NCBI GenBank assembly: GCA_002411015.1
Contig: DHPY01000074.1
Location: 4,126-68,125, forward strand
Length of the DNA stretch: 64,000 nucleotides
Source of the DNA: Armatimonadetes bacterium UBA5352
GTDB taxonomy: Bacteria; Armatimonadota; Zipacnadia; Zipacnadales; UBA5352
Direction: 5' to 3'
Position 1 is the stretch's first letter; every line of letters starts with the position of its first letter. Made by a program: the position numbers and the translations under genes. A model generated the notes under the pieces. That model saw only the letters and a list, made by a program, of their open reading frames with translations, made no database searches and was not told the origin of the DNA. Below, piece by piece: positions 27,517-36,993 of the stretch.

Positions 27517-28680
27517 GTGCTACTCAGAAGCCTGTATCTGTGCGTCGCGCTCGTTCTCGCGGTCGCCACGGCATTCGTGGGTGGCTGCGCATGGCTGTAC
27601 AGCGCGCAGCCGGCCCCGGCCCCGGCGGCCGAGGTCGCCGAGCCCGCACCGCCGCCGGAGCCCGAGCCGCGCAGCTTCACGATGGTGGCGGTGGGTGACA
27701 TCATGCTGGACCGCACCGTCGGCAGGCGCATTGAGTCGAATGGCGCGCAGAGCATTCTGGAGAAGGTTCGAGGCGACCTGCGAGGCGCGGATATCACCTT
27801 CGCGAACCTGGAGTGTCCTCTTGCCGCGGAGGGCGCGCACGCGCCCTCGGACTGCATCTTCCGCGCGCATCCGAGGGGCGTCAATGTGCTGCTCGATGGC
27901 GGCATTGATGTCGTTACGCTGGCGAACAACCACACCTTCGATGCGGGCACGAGCGCTCTCATGGAGACGCTGGACAACCTGGAGGAGGCCGGCATCGCCT
28001 ACTGCGGCGTGGCGCGCGAACGGGAGCGGGCGTGGGAGCCATGTCTCGTGGAGGCGAATGGCGTCATTGTCGGCTTCGTGGGCGGCACCGACCTGAGCTT
28101 CTCCCACGGCGGCTGGACGAAGGTGGACGCGGAGCTGACGGAGTTCGCCGGGCGCCTGCGGGCGGCGAAGGAGCGTTGTGACCTGCTGGTGGTCACGCTG
28201 CACTGGGGGAATGAGTATCAGAGCGAGCCAACCCAGCGGCAGAAGAAAGTGGCAACTGCGGCGGTGGAGGCCGGTGCGGACCTGGTTATCGGCCATCATC
28301 CACACACGCTGCAGGGAGTGGGGGAGCGTCAGGGCACTCCGATCCTCTACAGCGCAGGGAATTTCGTCTTCGATCAGCGCGAGGGCGAGCGGATGGAGAG
28401 CGCGATCTTCCACCTCGCGTGGACGGAGGGTGAGGGCTGGAAGATCCGGATGGTTCCCGTCTGGATTCCGATCTCCCGATGCGGCCCGATCTATCCCGAG
28501 AGCAGCCGCGCGCAGACGATCATCACGCGGCTGGCGACACTTTCGTCGAACCTTGGGGTGCCGGTGGCTGTCCAAGGCACCGAGGGGAAGGTGACGGTCG
28601 CGCCGGAGGTGCCAGCCACGACGGCGACGGCCGCGCCCGCGTCTCATGATCCGCAAGCCGCCGGAGTGTCCGGCGGCTGA
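27517..28680 (+). CDS. CapA/PGA_cap-family metallophosphatase-like lipoprotein
   Basis: GTG 27517 (AGAGGA upstream) gives a lipoprotein signal LLRSLYLCVALVLAVATAFVGGC. An alternative ATG lies at 27442. Contains VAVGDIMLDR, ITFANLECPL, VVTLANNHTFD, LHWGNEY and GHHPHTLQG. The upstream part of the 563-aa ORF is antisense to archease and is rejected. Confidence 0.85.
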   Translation: MLLRSLYLCVALVLAVATAFVGGCAWLYSAQPAPAPAAEVAEPAPPPEPEPRSFTMVAVGDIMLDRTVGRRIESNGAQSILEKVRGDLRGADITFANLECPLAAEGAHAPSDCIFRAHPRGVNVLLDGGIDVVTLANNHTFDAGTSALMETLDNLEEAGIAYCGVARERERAWEPCLVEANGVIVGFVGGTDLSFSHGGWTKVDAELTEFAGRLRAAKERCDLLVVTLHWGNEYQSEPTQRQKKVATAAVEAGADLVIGHHPHTLQGVGERQGTPILYSAGNFVFDQREGERMESAIFHLAWTEGEGWKIRMVPVWIPISRCGPIYPESSRAQTIITRLATLSSNLGVPVAVQGTEGKVTVAPEVPATTATAAPASHDPQAAGVSGG

Positions 28681-28723
28681 GTAACCCATCTGCCGGTCTG
28701 CGGACCGCGTAAGGAGAGAATAC

Positions 28724-29626
28724 ATGCAGCGCACCCATGGCATCTTCGCAGTAGTCACGGTGCTCATTCTGATGATCGGCGCCGGCACGGCTCAGGCTCA
28801 GGATGACGTCGCCGTCACGACCGTCAACGGGCAGCCGATCATGGCCAGCGAGCTTGAGGATGAACTCATCCGCCGCTGGGGCGACATCGGCCTCGCAGCG
28901 CTGATACAGGAGCTTGCCGTCGAGCAGGCCGCACAGAATGCCGGGATCTCGGTCACGCCTGAAGAGGTTGACGAGCGGCGCGACATGTTCCAGGGGAACA
29001 TCGACGCGCGCAGTGGCGCCCCCGGCCAGGGCTTCGCACAGTGGCTGGCGCAGCAGAAGATGACACCCTACGCCTTCCGGCAGTGGATCCGCACGGAGCT
29101 TCTGCTCGAGAAGCTCATCGGCAGTGCCGCGGATGTGCCCGAGGAAGAGGTCGCTGCGTTCTACCAGGGGCATCAGGAGCAGTTCCAGCAGCCGGAGCGG
29201 ATGCGGGTCAGCCACATCTGTGTGAACGACAAGGCGGAAGCCGCGCGCATTCGCAAGGAGATCCTCGACGGGAAGCCCTTCGAGCAGGCCGCGAGGGAGT
29301 ACTCGACCGACCCGTACACCCGCGATCAGGGCGGCGCGTTCGGCGTGATCACCCGCGGCAACACACCCTTCCAGAACGCGGCTTTTGCGCTCACCGGTGA
29401 TAAGCAGATGACCGAGCCGGTGCAGACACAGATGGGTTGGCACATCATCCGCCGTGAGGAGTATCTGCCCGCCTCCACACCGACATACGATGAGGTCAAG
29501 GAGCAGATCAAGGATCAGATGGAGAGTCAGAAGTTGCTGGTGCTCATCGGCCAGAAGCGGGCGGAGATCATGCAGAACGCTCGAATTGAGCACCAGATTG
29601 ACCCCGAGCAGCTCATCGGCAACTGA
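28724..29626 (+). CDS. Parvulin-type peptidyl-prolyl isomerase (SurA/PrsA-like), secreted
   Basis: AAGGAGAG RBS and signal peptide. Rotamase region is RVSHICV...FEQAAREYSTDPYTRDQGGAFGVITRG...QTQMGWHIIRRE. Confidence 0.85.
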   Translation: MQRTHGIFAVVTVLILMIGAGTAQAQDDVAVTTVNGQPIMASELEDELIRRWGDIGLAALIQELAVEQAAQNAGISVTPEEVDERRDMFQGNIDARSGAPGQGFAQWLAQQKMTPYAFRQWIRTELLLEKLIGSAADVPEEEVAAFYQGHQEQFQQPERMRVSHICVNDKAEAARIRKEILDGKPFEQAAREYSTDPYTRDQGGAFGVITRGNTPFQNAAFALTGDKQMTEPVQTQMGWHIIRREEYLPASTPTYDEVKEQIKDQMESQKLLVLIGQKRAEIMQNARIEHQIDPEQLIGN

Positions 29627-29649
29627 CGCACGCGGGAGGAGTGGTGGCG

Positions 29650-30126
29650 ATGGAAGCGATGCGTCCTGCGACGCTGAAGGACATGCCGCGCTTGCAGCAG
29701 ATCGTCGAGGAAGTCTGGGCGATTGGCTCAGACTTCGCCCTTGAAGAGATGTACGGCAGCGTCGGCGACGAGCGGTGGGACCGGTGGCTGGTGCCGAAGG
29801 TCATGTCGCGACTGTGGGCCGAACTCGGGAGCGTCCTGGTCACGGAGATAGATGGCGCGATCGCGGGATTCATCAGCTACGCGATCGACCGCGGACGCGG
29901 CGTGGGGACGATCCACTACAACGCGGTCGCCGAGGACTACCAGGGGCGGGGAGTCGGTGGCCGGCAGCTTGAGCGCGCGCTGGAGATCATGCGCGCCGCC
30001 GGGGTGAAGATCGCGTGCGTCGGGACCGGCCTCAATGAGGGCCACGCCCCGGCGCGCCGGATGTACGAGCGAGCGGGCTTCGAGCCCGTGATCGAGTACC
30101 GCATGTACACGCGGCGGCTGGACTGA
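29650..30126 (+). CDS. GNAT-family N-acetyltransferase
   Basis: Acetyl-CoA motif VAEDYQGRGVGGRQLERAL and C-terminal RRMYERAGFEPV. Start is ambiguous (29641, 29650 or 29659). 29650 has the best spacing to GGAGG. Confidence 0.85.
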   Translation: MEAMRPATLKDMPRLQQIVEEVWAIGSDFALEEMYGSVGDERWDRWLVPKVMSRLWAELGSVLVTEIDGAIAGFISYAIDRGRGVGTIHYNAVAEDYQGRGVGGRQLERALEIMRAAGVKIACVGTGLNEGHAPARRMYERAGFEPVIEYRMYTRRLD

Positions 30127-30143
30127 CCCTCTCCCGCGCCGCA

Positions 30144-31475
30144 CTACTCAATGAGACGGGCGGCATGCCGGTAGCGCTCACGCACCACGGTGAGTGTCTG
30201 CTCGGCATGCCGCCTGAGCATTGCCACGACCGCCCCGATGTCCACTCCGGCCACCTGAAGTGAGAGCAGCCCCGGCTGGGAGAGCAGCACCTCCTCGTCA
30301 CTCTGGCGCGCGACCTGCTCCGCCTGCCGCAGCACATCCACGAGGTTCCCGTAGGCGTTGGCGCCGACGTACTGCTCCGGGCGCTCCATCACGTTCGTCA
30401 TGTAGGCCTCTTCCGGCAGCTCCGCCCATGCCATCCCGATCTGCCGCAGGATGCACGGGACGCAGCCTCCGCACTGGCGGTTGGTCCTCCCGACCGCCCA
30501 GCATGAGACCGTGCTCTGGATCTCGCGCGGTGAGAGGCGCGGGGCCAGGACGTCGCGGATCAACTCGGACTTGGTTTGGTACATGAACGGGTTCACGAGG
30601 CGGGCCCGCAGCCCGCAGGCCTCCGCGACGCGGTTCATCAGCGCCACCGCGAGCGGATGCGTGGAGTGAGTGGACATACTCCCCGCCCTCGCGGCAGAGA
30701 AGGGCAGCCCGGCAGTCAGCATCCCGTTCTCGCAGAGGTACGCCTCATCGACCTGCGCCGCCTCAGCAGCCGCCAGCGCGAGCGCCATGAACAGCAGCGA
30801 CCGGCAGCGGCGCGATGGCTCGCGCTCCCTGGGCGGCGGGTAGGGCAGGGCGCCCTCGGCCGGCGGCTTCGGCTCGATCTCACAGGCGCGAGCAGCCCAC
30901 TCCCCCGGCCACTGCCTGTCCAGCGCCCCGAGCGCGCCCTGCTGCGCCGTGCGAACCGCCGGGTTGCCCGAGCGGTGCAGCACGTACAGCGGTGAGCGCC
31001 CCGTTTGCTGGAGCATGACTGCGCCCGCGAGGGAGTCGAGGCCGCCTGAGAGCGTGCTGACGCAGTCGGGGCGGAGAGTCGGGGGCAGCGCGTCCGCGGC
31101 AGGCGCGATCGCGGGAGGCGCCTGATCACCCTCCCGGAAGCTCAGGCGGATCGTGTCGCGCGCAAGCTCGTGGACCAGCCTGTGCAGCTCCGGGGTCAGC
31201 GAGCGCCACGATGCCGCGTCGCGGACGGTGACGGTCAGCTCAAATGACCTGGGCCAGCGCTCGCGTTCACCACGTTTGACTGCGATGTCCGCGGCATAGA
31301 GTGCCACCGCTATGTCCAGCAGGTCAAGCGCGGGAGGGGGAAGCTCGGTGTCGGCAGGGCTGCAGAGCGCACCGAGGCGGGCGGTGATGTTCGCCTGCGC
31401 CCCGCGCCATGCAAGCAGCAGGTCCGCGGAGAGATCGGCGCCGGGGCCATTTGTCGCTACGAGGCGCAGCGGCAT
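30144..31475 (-). CDS. QueC-like PP-loop ATPase with a ~170-aa N-terminal extension (QatC/Cap9-like)
   Basis: Start MPLRLVATNG at 31475, 2 nt after the upstream stop. PP-loop is STLSGGLDS. QueC-like core is RSLLFMALALAAAEAAQVDEAYLCENG and FMYQTKSELI. C-terminal Cys cluster is SCWAVGRTNRQCGGCVPC. The upstream Arg/Ala-rich part of the 493-aa ORF is rejected. Confidence 0.8.
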   Translation of the reverse strand: MPLRLVATNGPGADLSADLLLAWRGAQANITARLGALCSPADTELPPPALDLLDIAVALYAADIAVKRGERERWPRSFELTVTVRDAASWRSLTPELHRLVHELARDTIRLSFREGDQAPPAIAPAADALPPTLRPDCVSTLSGGLDSLAGAVMLQQTGRSPLYVLHRSGNPAVRTAQQGALGALDRQWPGEWAARACEIEPKPPAEGALPYPPPREREPSRRCRSLLFMALALAAAEAAQVDEAYLCENGMLTAGLPFSAARAGSMSTHSTHPLAVALMNRVAEACGLRARLVNPFMYQTKSELIRDVLAPRLSPREIQSTVSCWAVGRTNRQCGGCVPCILRQIGMAWAELPEEAYMTNVMERPEQYVGANAYGNLVDVLRQAEQVARQSDEEVLLSQPGLLSLQVAGVDIGAVVAMLRRHAEQTLTVVRERYRHAARLIE

Positions 31476-31477
31476 GC

Positions 31478-32254
31478 TCAGAGCCCCCCTGCGCCGAGCA
31501 GGTCGAGGCCCTGCCCGATGCCCGCCGCGAGGATGGGCGAGAGCATGGCGACACGGTCTCGCGGGGCAAGCTCGGGCACTGCGCCCAGGTCGGCCTCGAA
31601 CCGGTCGAGCCGCAGCTGCTCCCATGTCGCGCGACAGTGGGCCGCGACGGCGTCCTCGAAGCGGTTGGCGTGGCTCACCGAGGGGAGCCCGGCTCCGCCG
31701 ATGAAGTCGCCGAGGTCCCGCGCGACGAGGTAGCGGAAGGTCCGGTCCAGATGGTGGCCGACGAAGAGGGCCATCGCCTCCTGCAGGCCGCGCTCGCGGC
31801 CAAGCCGCGTGATGCTCGCCTCAGCCTCGGCGAGGGGCAGGGAGATGACGCCAGCGCCGGTGGTGGAGCGGGTGGCGACGGCGATCGCCGAGTTCCCGAC
31901 AGCGTCCAGCGCCAAGTCACCGAAGCGTGACGCGTAGCCCTCGGCCGCGATCGTGCGCTCGGCCCGCGCGCGCAGGCCCGCCGCCCACTGCAGCGCGGCA
32001 GGCTCAGCACCGGCGCCAAGCGCGGTGAGCGCTCCCGGCAGGCCGGTCAGCTCAACGCTGCGCACACCCTCCACCAGCGTGCCGAGACTGGTCGCGCTTG
32101 CGGCGTCGCTCATCCCGCCGCGCGTCTCGGGCTCCAGCGCGGCCACGATACGCGCGACCACCTCGCGTGGAGACGGGTCGGGCTGCGCGTAGAGTTCGCG
32201 CACCCGTTTCCAGGCCTCTGTCTCCGGGGATCGATGCCAGGTTGATGTGCCCAT
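31478..32254 (-). CDS. Hypothetical protein, candidate QatB-like partner of the QueC-like enzyme
   Basis: ORF 31478-32317. The first ATG (32254) gives MGTSTWHRSPETEAWKRVRELY... (258 aa). I recognise no domain. It is coupled to the downstream gene by a 2-nt spacer. No clear SD, so the start is uncertain (GTG 32317 is the alternative). Confidence 0.55.
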   Translation of the reverse strand: MGTSTWHRSPETEAWKRVRELYAQPDPSPREVVARIVAALEPETRGGMSDAASATSLGTLVEGVRSVELTGLPGALTALGAGAEPAALQWAAGLRARAERTIAAEGYASRFGDLALDAVGNSAIAVATRSTTGAGVISLPLAEAEASITRLGRERGLQEAMALFVGHHLDRTFRYLVARDLGDFIGGAGLPSVSHANRFEDAVAAHCRATWEQLRLDRFEADLGAVPELAPRDRVAMLSPILAAGIGQGLDLLGAGGL

Positions 32255-32433
32255 GATGGTGTTGATGGTCCAGTGGCTATGAAGGGAGCGACCATTCGTT
32301 GCAGTCAGATGCCTCACCTCCCCGGCACGCCCACGGCCCGTCTTTCATTGACACCTGAGTCTCTCCAGTGCTATGATTGCCCGCGCCGAGGGGGTCTGCC
32401 CCCGGCGTTCCGACCACGCACTAAGAGTCTCGG

Positions 32434-34635
32434 GTGGAGCACGTGGCGGCTGAAGAATCCAGGCCTCGACATCTGGGCCTGCCGGACTACATCCGGATCC
32501 TGTCCAAGCGCAAGTGGTTCATCCTCATTGTCACCGCTGTGGGGATGCTCGTGGGAGGGCTGCTCGCCCTCTCAAGTGAACGGCTGTACGAGGCGACCTC
32601 CCTCGTCATCATCCAGCAGCGCCCGCAGGGCTTCTTCTGGGTCACCGGCGAAGAGGCCGGGATGCCTCCCAACGTCGCGATGGAGACCCACGCGCGCATC
32701 GTGCGCAGCAGCGACGTCACCCAGCTTGCCTCCGAGAAGCTGCAGCAACTCCCGACCGATTCCCGGGTCATCGCCACCTCCACTGAGATCCAGGACGCGC
32801 TGAATGTCAGCGTCATCGAGCCGGACCTTCTACGCATTGACGCGACCTCCCCCGACCGCCGCAGGGCGCTCCTGTTCGCCAATTACACCGCGTTCGCGTT
32901 CGTGGAGAGGAACCTCGAGGACCGGCAGCGGGAGAGCCGCGACGCCCGCGAGTTCCTTGAGCGCCAGGTGGCGCAGTACGGTACGGAGGTCGAGTCCATC
33001 ATCGAGGAGATGACCGCCTTCGCGCGCGATTCGGGCTTCGTGGACATCGACTCGGAGATCGGCCAGGCGGTGCAGAGCCTCGCGGCCTATGAGAACGAGG
33101 AACGGCAGGCTCAGCGCGAACTCATGGCGGCCGAGGCGCGCCTGGCGGAGCTTCGGCAGGTCCGCGGCAGCCAGGGCGACTACCTCGTGGGCGAGGCGCC
33201 GGCGCCAAACCCCGAGTGGACGACCCTCCAGGCGAGCCTCACTGAGGCGCGTATAGGGCTCGAGAAGCTGCAGTCGCAGTACACGGGCGGCAATCCGCTG
33301 GTCCTCGACCAGCAAGCCCTGGTGGAGGAGCTTGCGGCGCGGCTTGCCGACACGCCGCAGCTTGTTCGCGCGGAATCGACTCGCGCGAACCCGGCCACCA
33401 CCGGGATTGAGGGCGAGATCAAGGCCGCCGGGGTGGCGGTGCAGGAGGCGCGGGCGCGGGTCGCCGCCGCGCAGGGCGTGCTCGGAGGGGTACAGGAGCG
33501 CATCAAGGATCTGCCGGATGCGCGGCAGCAGTGGCAGGGGCTGACCGATCGACTCGACGCCGCACGTGAGGCCTACCTGAGCCTGCAGGGCGAACTGCGT
33601 CAGGCGCGCCTCTCAGAGGCGGTCAAGAAGGGCAACGCGCGGGTCGTTGACCAGGCGCAGGAGCCCCGCGAGATACAGACATCTCTGCTGCACTCACTGC
33701 TCTTCGCGCTGGCCATCGGCCTCTTCATCGGGGTCGGCCTGTCCATCCTGCTCGAGGCGCTCGACGACACAATCTACTCCGTGGACGACCTCCAGCGGGT
33801 AAGCGACCTGTACCTGCTGGGCGTCGTCCCGCTGCACATGGATGACGCCGGGCCGCTCGTCACCGTGGACGCACCGAAGAGCCCGTCGGCGGAAGCCTAC
33901 CGCACGCTGCGCAGCAACATCCGTTTCTCCCTGTTCGATCGCCCGGCGAGGACTTTCCTCATCACCAGCGCAGGCTCCGGGGAGGGGAAGTCGGTTACCA
34001 CGGCCAATCTCGCTGTCGCGCAGGCGCACAGCGGCCTGTCAGTCATCCTGGTGGATGCCGACCTGCGGCGCCCCGTCCAGCACAAGCTCTTCGGCGTCCC
34101 CTCTGAGGTCGGCGTCACGAACGTCGTAGTCGGCGACATGAGCGTTGCCGAGGCGCTGACACCCACCGAGGTCCCCGGCCTCAGGCTGCTCACCTCGGGG
34201 CCGGTGCCGCCGAACCCGGCTGAGCTGCTGGAATCCGAGCAGATGACTGCGGTGATCCAGGAGTTGACGCAGCTGGCGGACCTGGTGATCTTCGACTCGC
34301 CGCCCGCGGTCATGCTCACCGATGCGACGGTGCTCGCGGCGAAGCTTGACCGCACCATCGTCGTCGCCGAGTCGGGCCAGATCACCGAGCGCGCCCTCGC
34401 CGACGTGGAGCGGCTGTTCCGGCACGCGCGTGCGGACATCCTCGGCATCGTGCTCAACAAGCTGCGGATAACCGGCGGTGACTACCACTACTACTACTAT
34501 TACTACTCGGACTACTCCGAGGAGCCTCAAAGCCCCCGCGGTGCGCGCAACGCCAGCGGCAGCGAGCGCAAGGCCCAGGACCTGATCGACCTCAACTCCT
34601 CCGACGAACGCGGGCGTGACGACTTGGAGGCCTGA
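32434..34635 (+). CDS. Polysaccharide-copolymerase / tyrosine autokinase (BY-kinase, Wzc/GumC-like)
   Basis: Wzz-type N-terminus with a TM segment (WFILIVTAVGMLVGG), a long coiled-coil and a second TM. Walker A is SAGSGEGKSVTTANLA, A' is VILVDADLRRP and B is LVIFDSPP. Tyr-rich tail is GGDYHYYYYYYSDYSEE. GTG start. Confidence 0.9.
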   Translation: MEHVAAEESRPRHLGLPDYIRILSKRKWFILIVTAVGMLVGGLLALSSERLYEATSLVIIQQRPQGFFWVTGEEAGMPPNVAMETHARIVRSSDVTQLASEKLQQLPTDSRVIATSTEIQDALNVSVIEPDLLRIDATSPDRRRALLFANYTAFAFVERNLEDRQRESRDAREFLERQVAQYGTEVESIIEEMTAFARDSGFVDIDSEIGQAVQSLAAYENEERQAQRELMAAEARLAELRQVRGSQGDYLVGEAPAPNPEWTTLQASLTEARIGLEKLQSQYTGGNPLVLDQQALVEELAARLADTPQLVRAESTRANPATTGIEGEIKAAGVAVQEARARVAAAQGVLGGVQERIKDLPDARQQWQGLTDRLDAAREAYLSLQGELRQARLSEAVKKGNARVVDQAQEPREIQTSLLHSLLFALAIGLFIGVGLSILLEALDDTIYSVDDLQRVSDLYLLGVVPLHMDDAGPLVTVDAPKSPSAEAYRTLRSNIRFSLFDRPARTFLITSAGSGEGKSVTTANLAVAQAHSGLSVILVDADLRRPVQHKLFGVPSEVGVTNVVVGDMSVAEALTPTEVPGLRLLTSGPVPPNPAELLESEQMTAVIQELTQLADLVIFDSPPAVMLTDATVLAAKLDRTIVVAESGQITERALADVERLFRHARADILGIVLNKLRITGGDYHYYYYYYSDYSEEPQSPRGARNASGSERKAQDLIDLNSSDERGRDDLEA

Positions 34636-34746
34636 CGGGCACCGTCCGACGCAGGAATCCCACACGGCGCGAGGAATACGCTCATACATGTGCTCTCAGT
34701 TCAGGGATCATGTGCGCGCGCACCCCGCCAAAGGAGGCGCAGAGAG

Positions 34747-36951
34747 ATGTCTTCCATCCTGCGGTCCATCATTGCAGTGACCCTCGCGGCTCTGTTGGCG
34801 TTCACCGGCTGCAACGGGCAGGAGAGAAATGAGCCTGAGCCGGCTCGGAATGTTGACGCCGCCCGGCCGGCGCAGGCGGTCCCGACCGTTCCCGAGCGCT
34901 TCCTGGTGACGATCACTCCCTCTGCTGAGACCTACGAGATCCCCCGCGACCTCGGCACCGTCCGCAACCTCGCCTATCATCGCGACCTCACTGAGCAGCA
35001 GAAGCGCCAGCTTGCTCGGGTCGGCTTTGTCGTGGCGCCTGACGAGGCCGAGCAGATGTTCATGCTCTACGAGAGCTACGCCGAGACCGACGATGCGGCG
35101 AACTTCATCACTGTCGATTCGCTGCTGCAGGCGTGGCATGTCTTCTACGACTTCAGCTTGCGCACCGTGGAGAGCGAGAAGCTCGCGCCCCTCGCGGAGC
35201 AGATGACCGGGGCGCTGCTGCAGGATGCCGGGGCGCAGCTGCAGGATGCCGGGGCGCAGCTTGAGGCAGCCCCTCAGGGGGCGGTGCGCGAGGCTGCGAG
35301 CCGCAACCTCGCCTACCTCGCGGTCGCGCAGAAGCTGCTCAACCCATCGGCCGCGGCGCCCGATTCCGTGCGCGCCGTGGTCGAGGAGGAGCTTGCGCTG
35401 ATCGAGGCGCACGAGGGTCGCGCCGAATCGCCGCTTCTCGGCAGCACCATCCACTACTCGCAGTTTGTCCCGCGCGGGCACTACACCCGCAGCGATGGGC
35501 TTGGGCGCTACTTCCGCACGATGATGTGGTACGGGCTGGTTGGCTTCGATCTCGACAGCACCAACGAGCAGCGCAATCGCGCGCACACGCTGCAGGCGCT
35601 GCTGCTCACGAAGCTCCTGGCTGAAGACACGGCGGCGCGCGCGGCCTGGGAGCGGCTCGCGCGGCCGATCGACTTCTTCGTCGGCGGCGCCGATGACCTT
35701 GGCTTCGAGCAGTACCTGCCGATCGCCCGCGCCGTCTTCGGCGACGCGCTGCCCCTCGAGGAGATCGCGGATGAGGGCAGGCTGGACCAGTTCATGGCCC
35801 GCGCGCGCGCCGAACTCCCCGAGCCGGCGATCGCGCCATTCTTCTACGAGGCCGATGCATCAGGCAAGCTCGTTGGCCGGCCGAAGGCGCAGGGGCGACA
35901 GCTCCGCCTGCTCGGTCAGCGCTTCATCCCCGACTCGTGGGTGATGCAGCAACTCGTCTCGCCGCTGGTGGGCGAACCGGGGCCGGAGACCGCGCGCGAT
36001 GTGCCGATGGGCCTCGACGTGATGGCGGCCCTTGGCTCAGAGCGCGCGCGAGGGATCCTGACCGAGCAATACCATCAGGACCGCTTCGCGAACTACGAGA
36101 CGCAGCTTCATCTGGTGACCGCGGAGATGGAGGGGACGGACGAGGCCACCTGGCGCTCGAACATGTACAGGGGGTGGCTCTACGCGCTTCGTCCGCTGCT
36201 GGAGGTGCCCGGCGCGGGCTATCCGACCTTCATGCAGTCGGTCGAATGGCTCGACAAGGAGCTGAGCACCTCGCTCGCAAGCTGGGCGGAGCTGCGGCAT
36301 GACACGGTGCTGTACGCGAAGCAATCCGGCGCGGAGATGGGCGCGGGGCCGACGGGCGCGCCGAAGGGCTACGTCGAGCCGTACCCGGAGGTCTACGCGC
36401 GGCTCGCGTGGCTGGCGTGGCATTCGCGCGAGATGCTGGCGGCGCAGGATCTGCTGCCGGAGCGGCTCGACGAGCCCTACCGCCGGTTTGAGGGCACGCT
36501 GCTCTTCCTGAAGGGCATCGCGGAGAAGGAGCTTACGAACGCTGCCCTGACGACCGAGGAGTACGACCGCATCCAGTACTTTGGCGGAGAGCTTGAGCGG
36601 CTCACGCTCAGCGTGATCGAGGGCGGCGAGGGCGCGAACACCTGGTATTCGATCGAGAACGAGACCGACCGGAACATGGCCGCGATCGCCGATGTGCACA
36701 GCTTCTTCGACCAGGTGCTGCAGGTGGGCGTGGGGCCGGCCTACAGGATCTACGTCGTGGTGCCGCACCCGGACGGCGGTCTTCAGATCGCAAAGGGCGG
36801 CTGCTTCAGCTACTTCGAGTTCCACTGGCCCGCCTCTGATCGGCTGACTGACGAGAAGTGGCAGGCGATGCTCAAGAGCGGGCAGGCGCCGCCGCGGCCG
36901 GAATGGACGGACAGCTTCATCGTTCCGGGGGGAAAGAGCCATCAGCCGTAG
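34747..36951 (+). CDS. DUF3160-like lipoprotein
   Basis: ATG 34747 follows AAGGAGG. Lipobox is LLAFTGC. Contains YSQFVPRGHYT and a size/pattern I associate with DUF3160. Assignment is from memory. Confidence 0.7.
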   Translation: MSSILRSIIAVTLAALLAFTGCNGQERNEPEPARNVDAARPAQAVPTVPERFLVTITPSAETYEIPRDLGTVRNLAYHRDLTEQQKRQLARVGFVVAPDEAEQMFMLYESYAETDDAANFITVDSLLQAWHVFYDFSLRTVESEKLAPLAEQMTGALLQDAGAQLQDAGAQLEAAPQGAVREAASRNLAYLAVAQKLLNPSAAAPDSVRAVVEEELALIEAHEGRAESPLLGSTIHYSQFVPRGHYTRSDGLGRYFRTMMWYGLVGFDLDSTNEQRNRAHTLQALLLTKLLAEDTAARAAWERLARPIDFFVGGADDLGFEQYLPIARAVFGDALPLEEIADEGRLDQFMARARAELPEPAIAPFFYEADASGKLVGRPKAQGRQLRLLGQRFIPDSWVMQQLVSPLVGEPGPETARDVPMGLDVMAALGSERARGILTEQYHQDRFANYETQLHLVTAEMEGTDEATWRSNMYRGWLYALRPLLEVPGAGYPTFMQSVEWLDKELSTSLASWAELRHDTVLYAKQSGAEMGAGPTGAPKGYVEPYPEVYARLAWLAWHSREMLAAQDLLPERLDEPYRRFEGTLLFLKGIAEKELTNAALTTEEYDRIQYFGGELERLTLSVIEGGEGANTWYSIENETDRNMAAIADVHSFFDQVLQVGVGPAYRIYVVVPHPDGGLQIAKGGCFSYFEFHWPASDRLTDEKWQAMLKSGQAPPRPEWTDSFIVPGGKSHQP
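35218..35259 (+). repeat. Perfect 21-bp in-frame tandem duplication inside the DUF3160-like gene
   Basis: ctgcaggatgccggggcgcag occurs twice, giving LQDAGAQ-LQDAGAQ in the protein. Confidence 0.9.
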
Positions 36952-36993
36952 TCCGCGCACGGGCTCGAGCGAATCGCCCGCAGGAGGGTGGAG

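Noticed and set aside
27520-29593. Minus-strand ORFs 27520-28788 (422 aa) and 28523-29593 (356 aa)
   Set aside because: They are antisense to the CapA-like and parvulin genes, which have clear motifs.
34478-34530. Run of Tyr codons (HYYYYYYSDY) as a low-complexity or assembly artefact
   Set aside because: It sits at the C-terminus of a protein with Walker A/A'/B motifs of BY-kinases. A Tyr-rich tail is the expected autophosphorylation cluster there.
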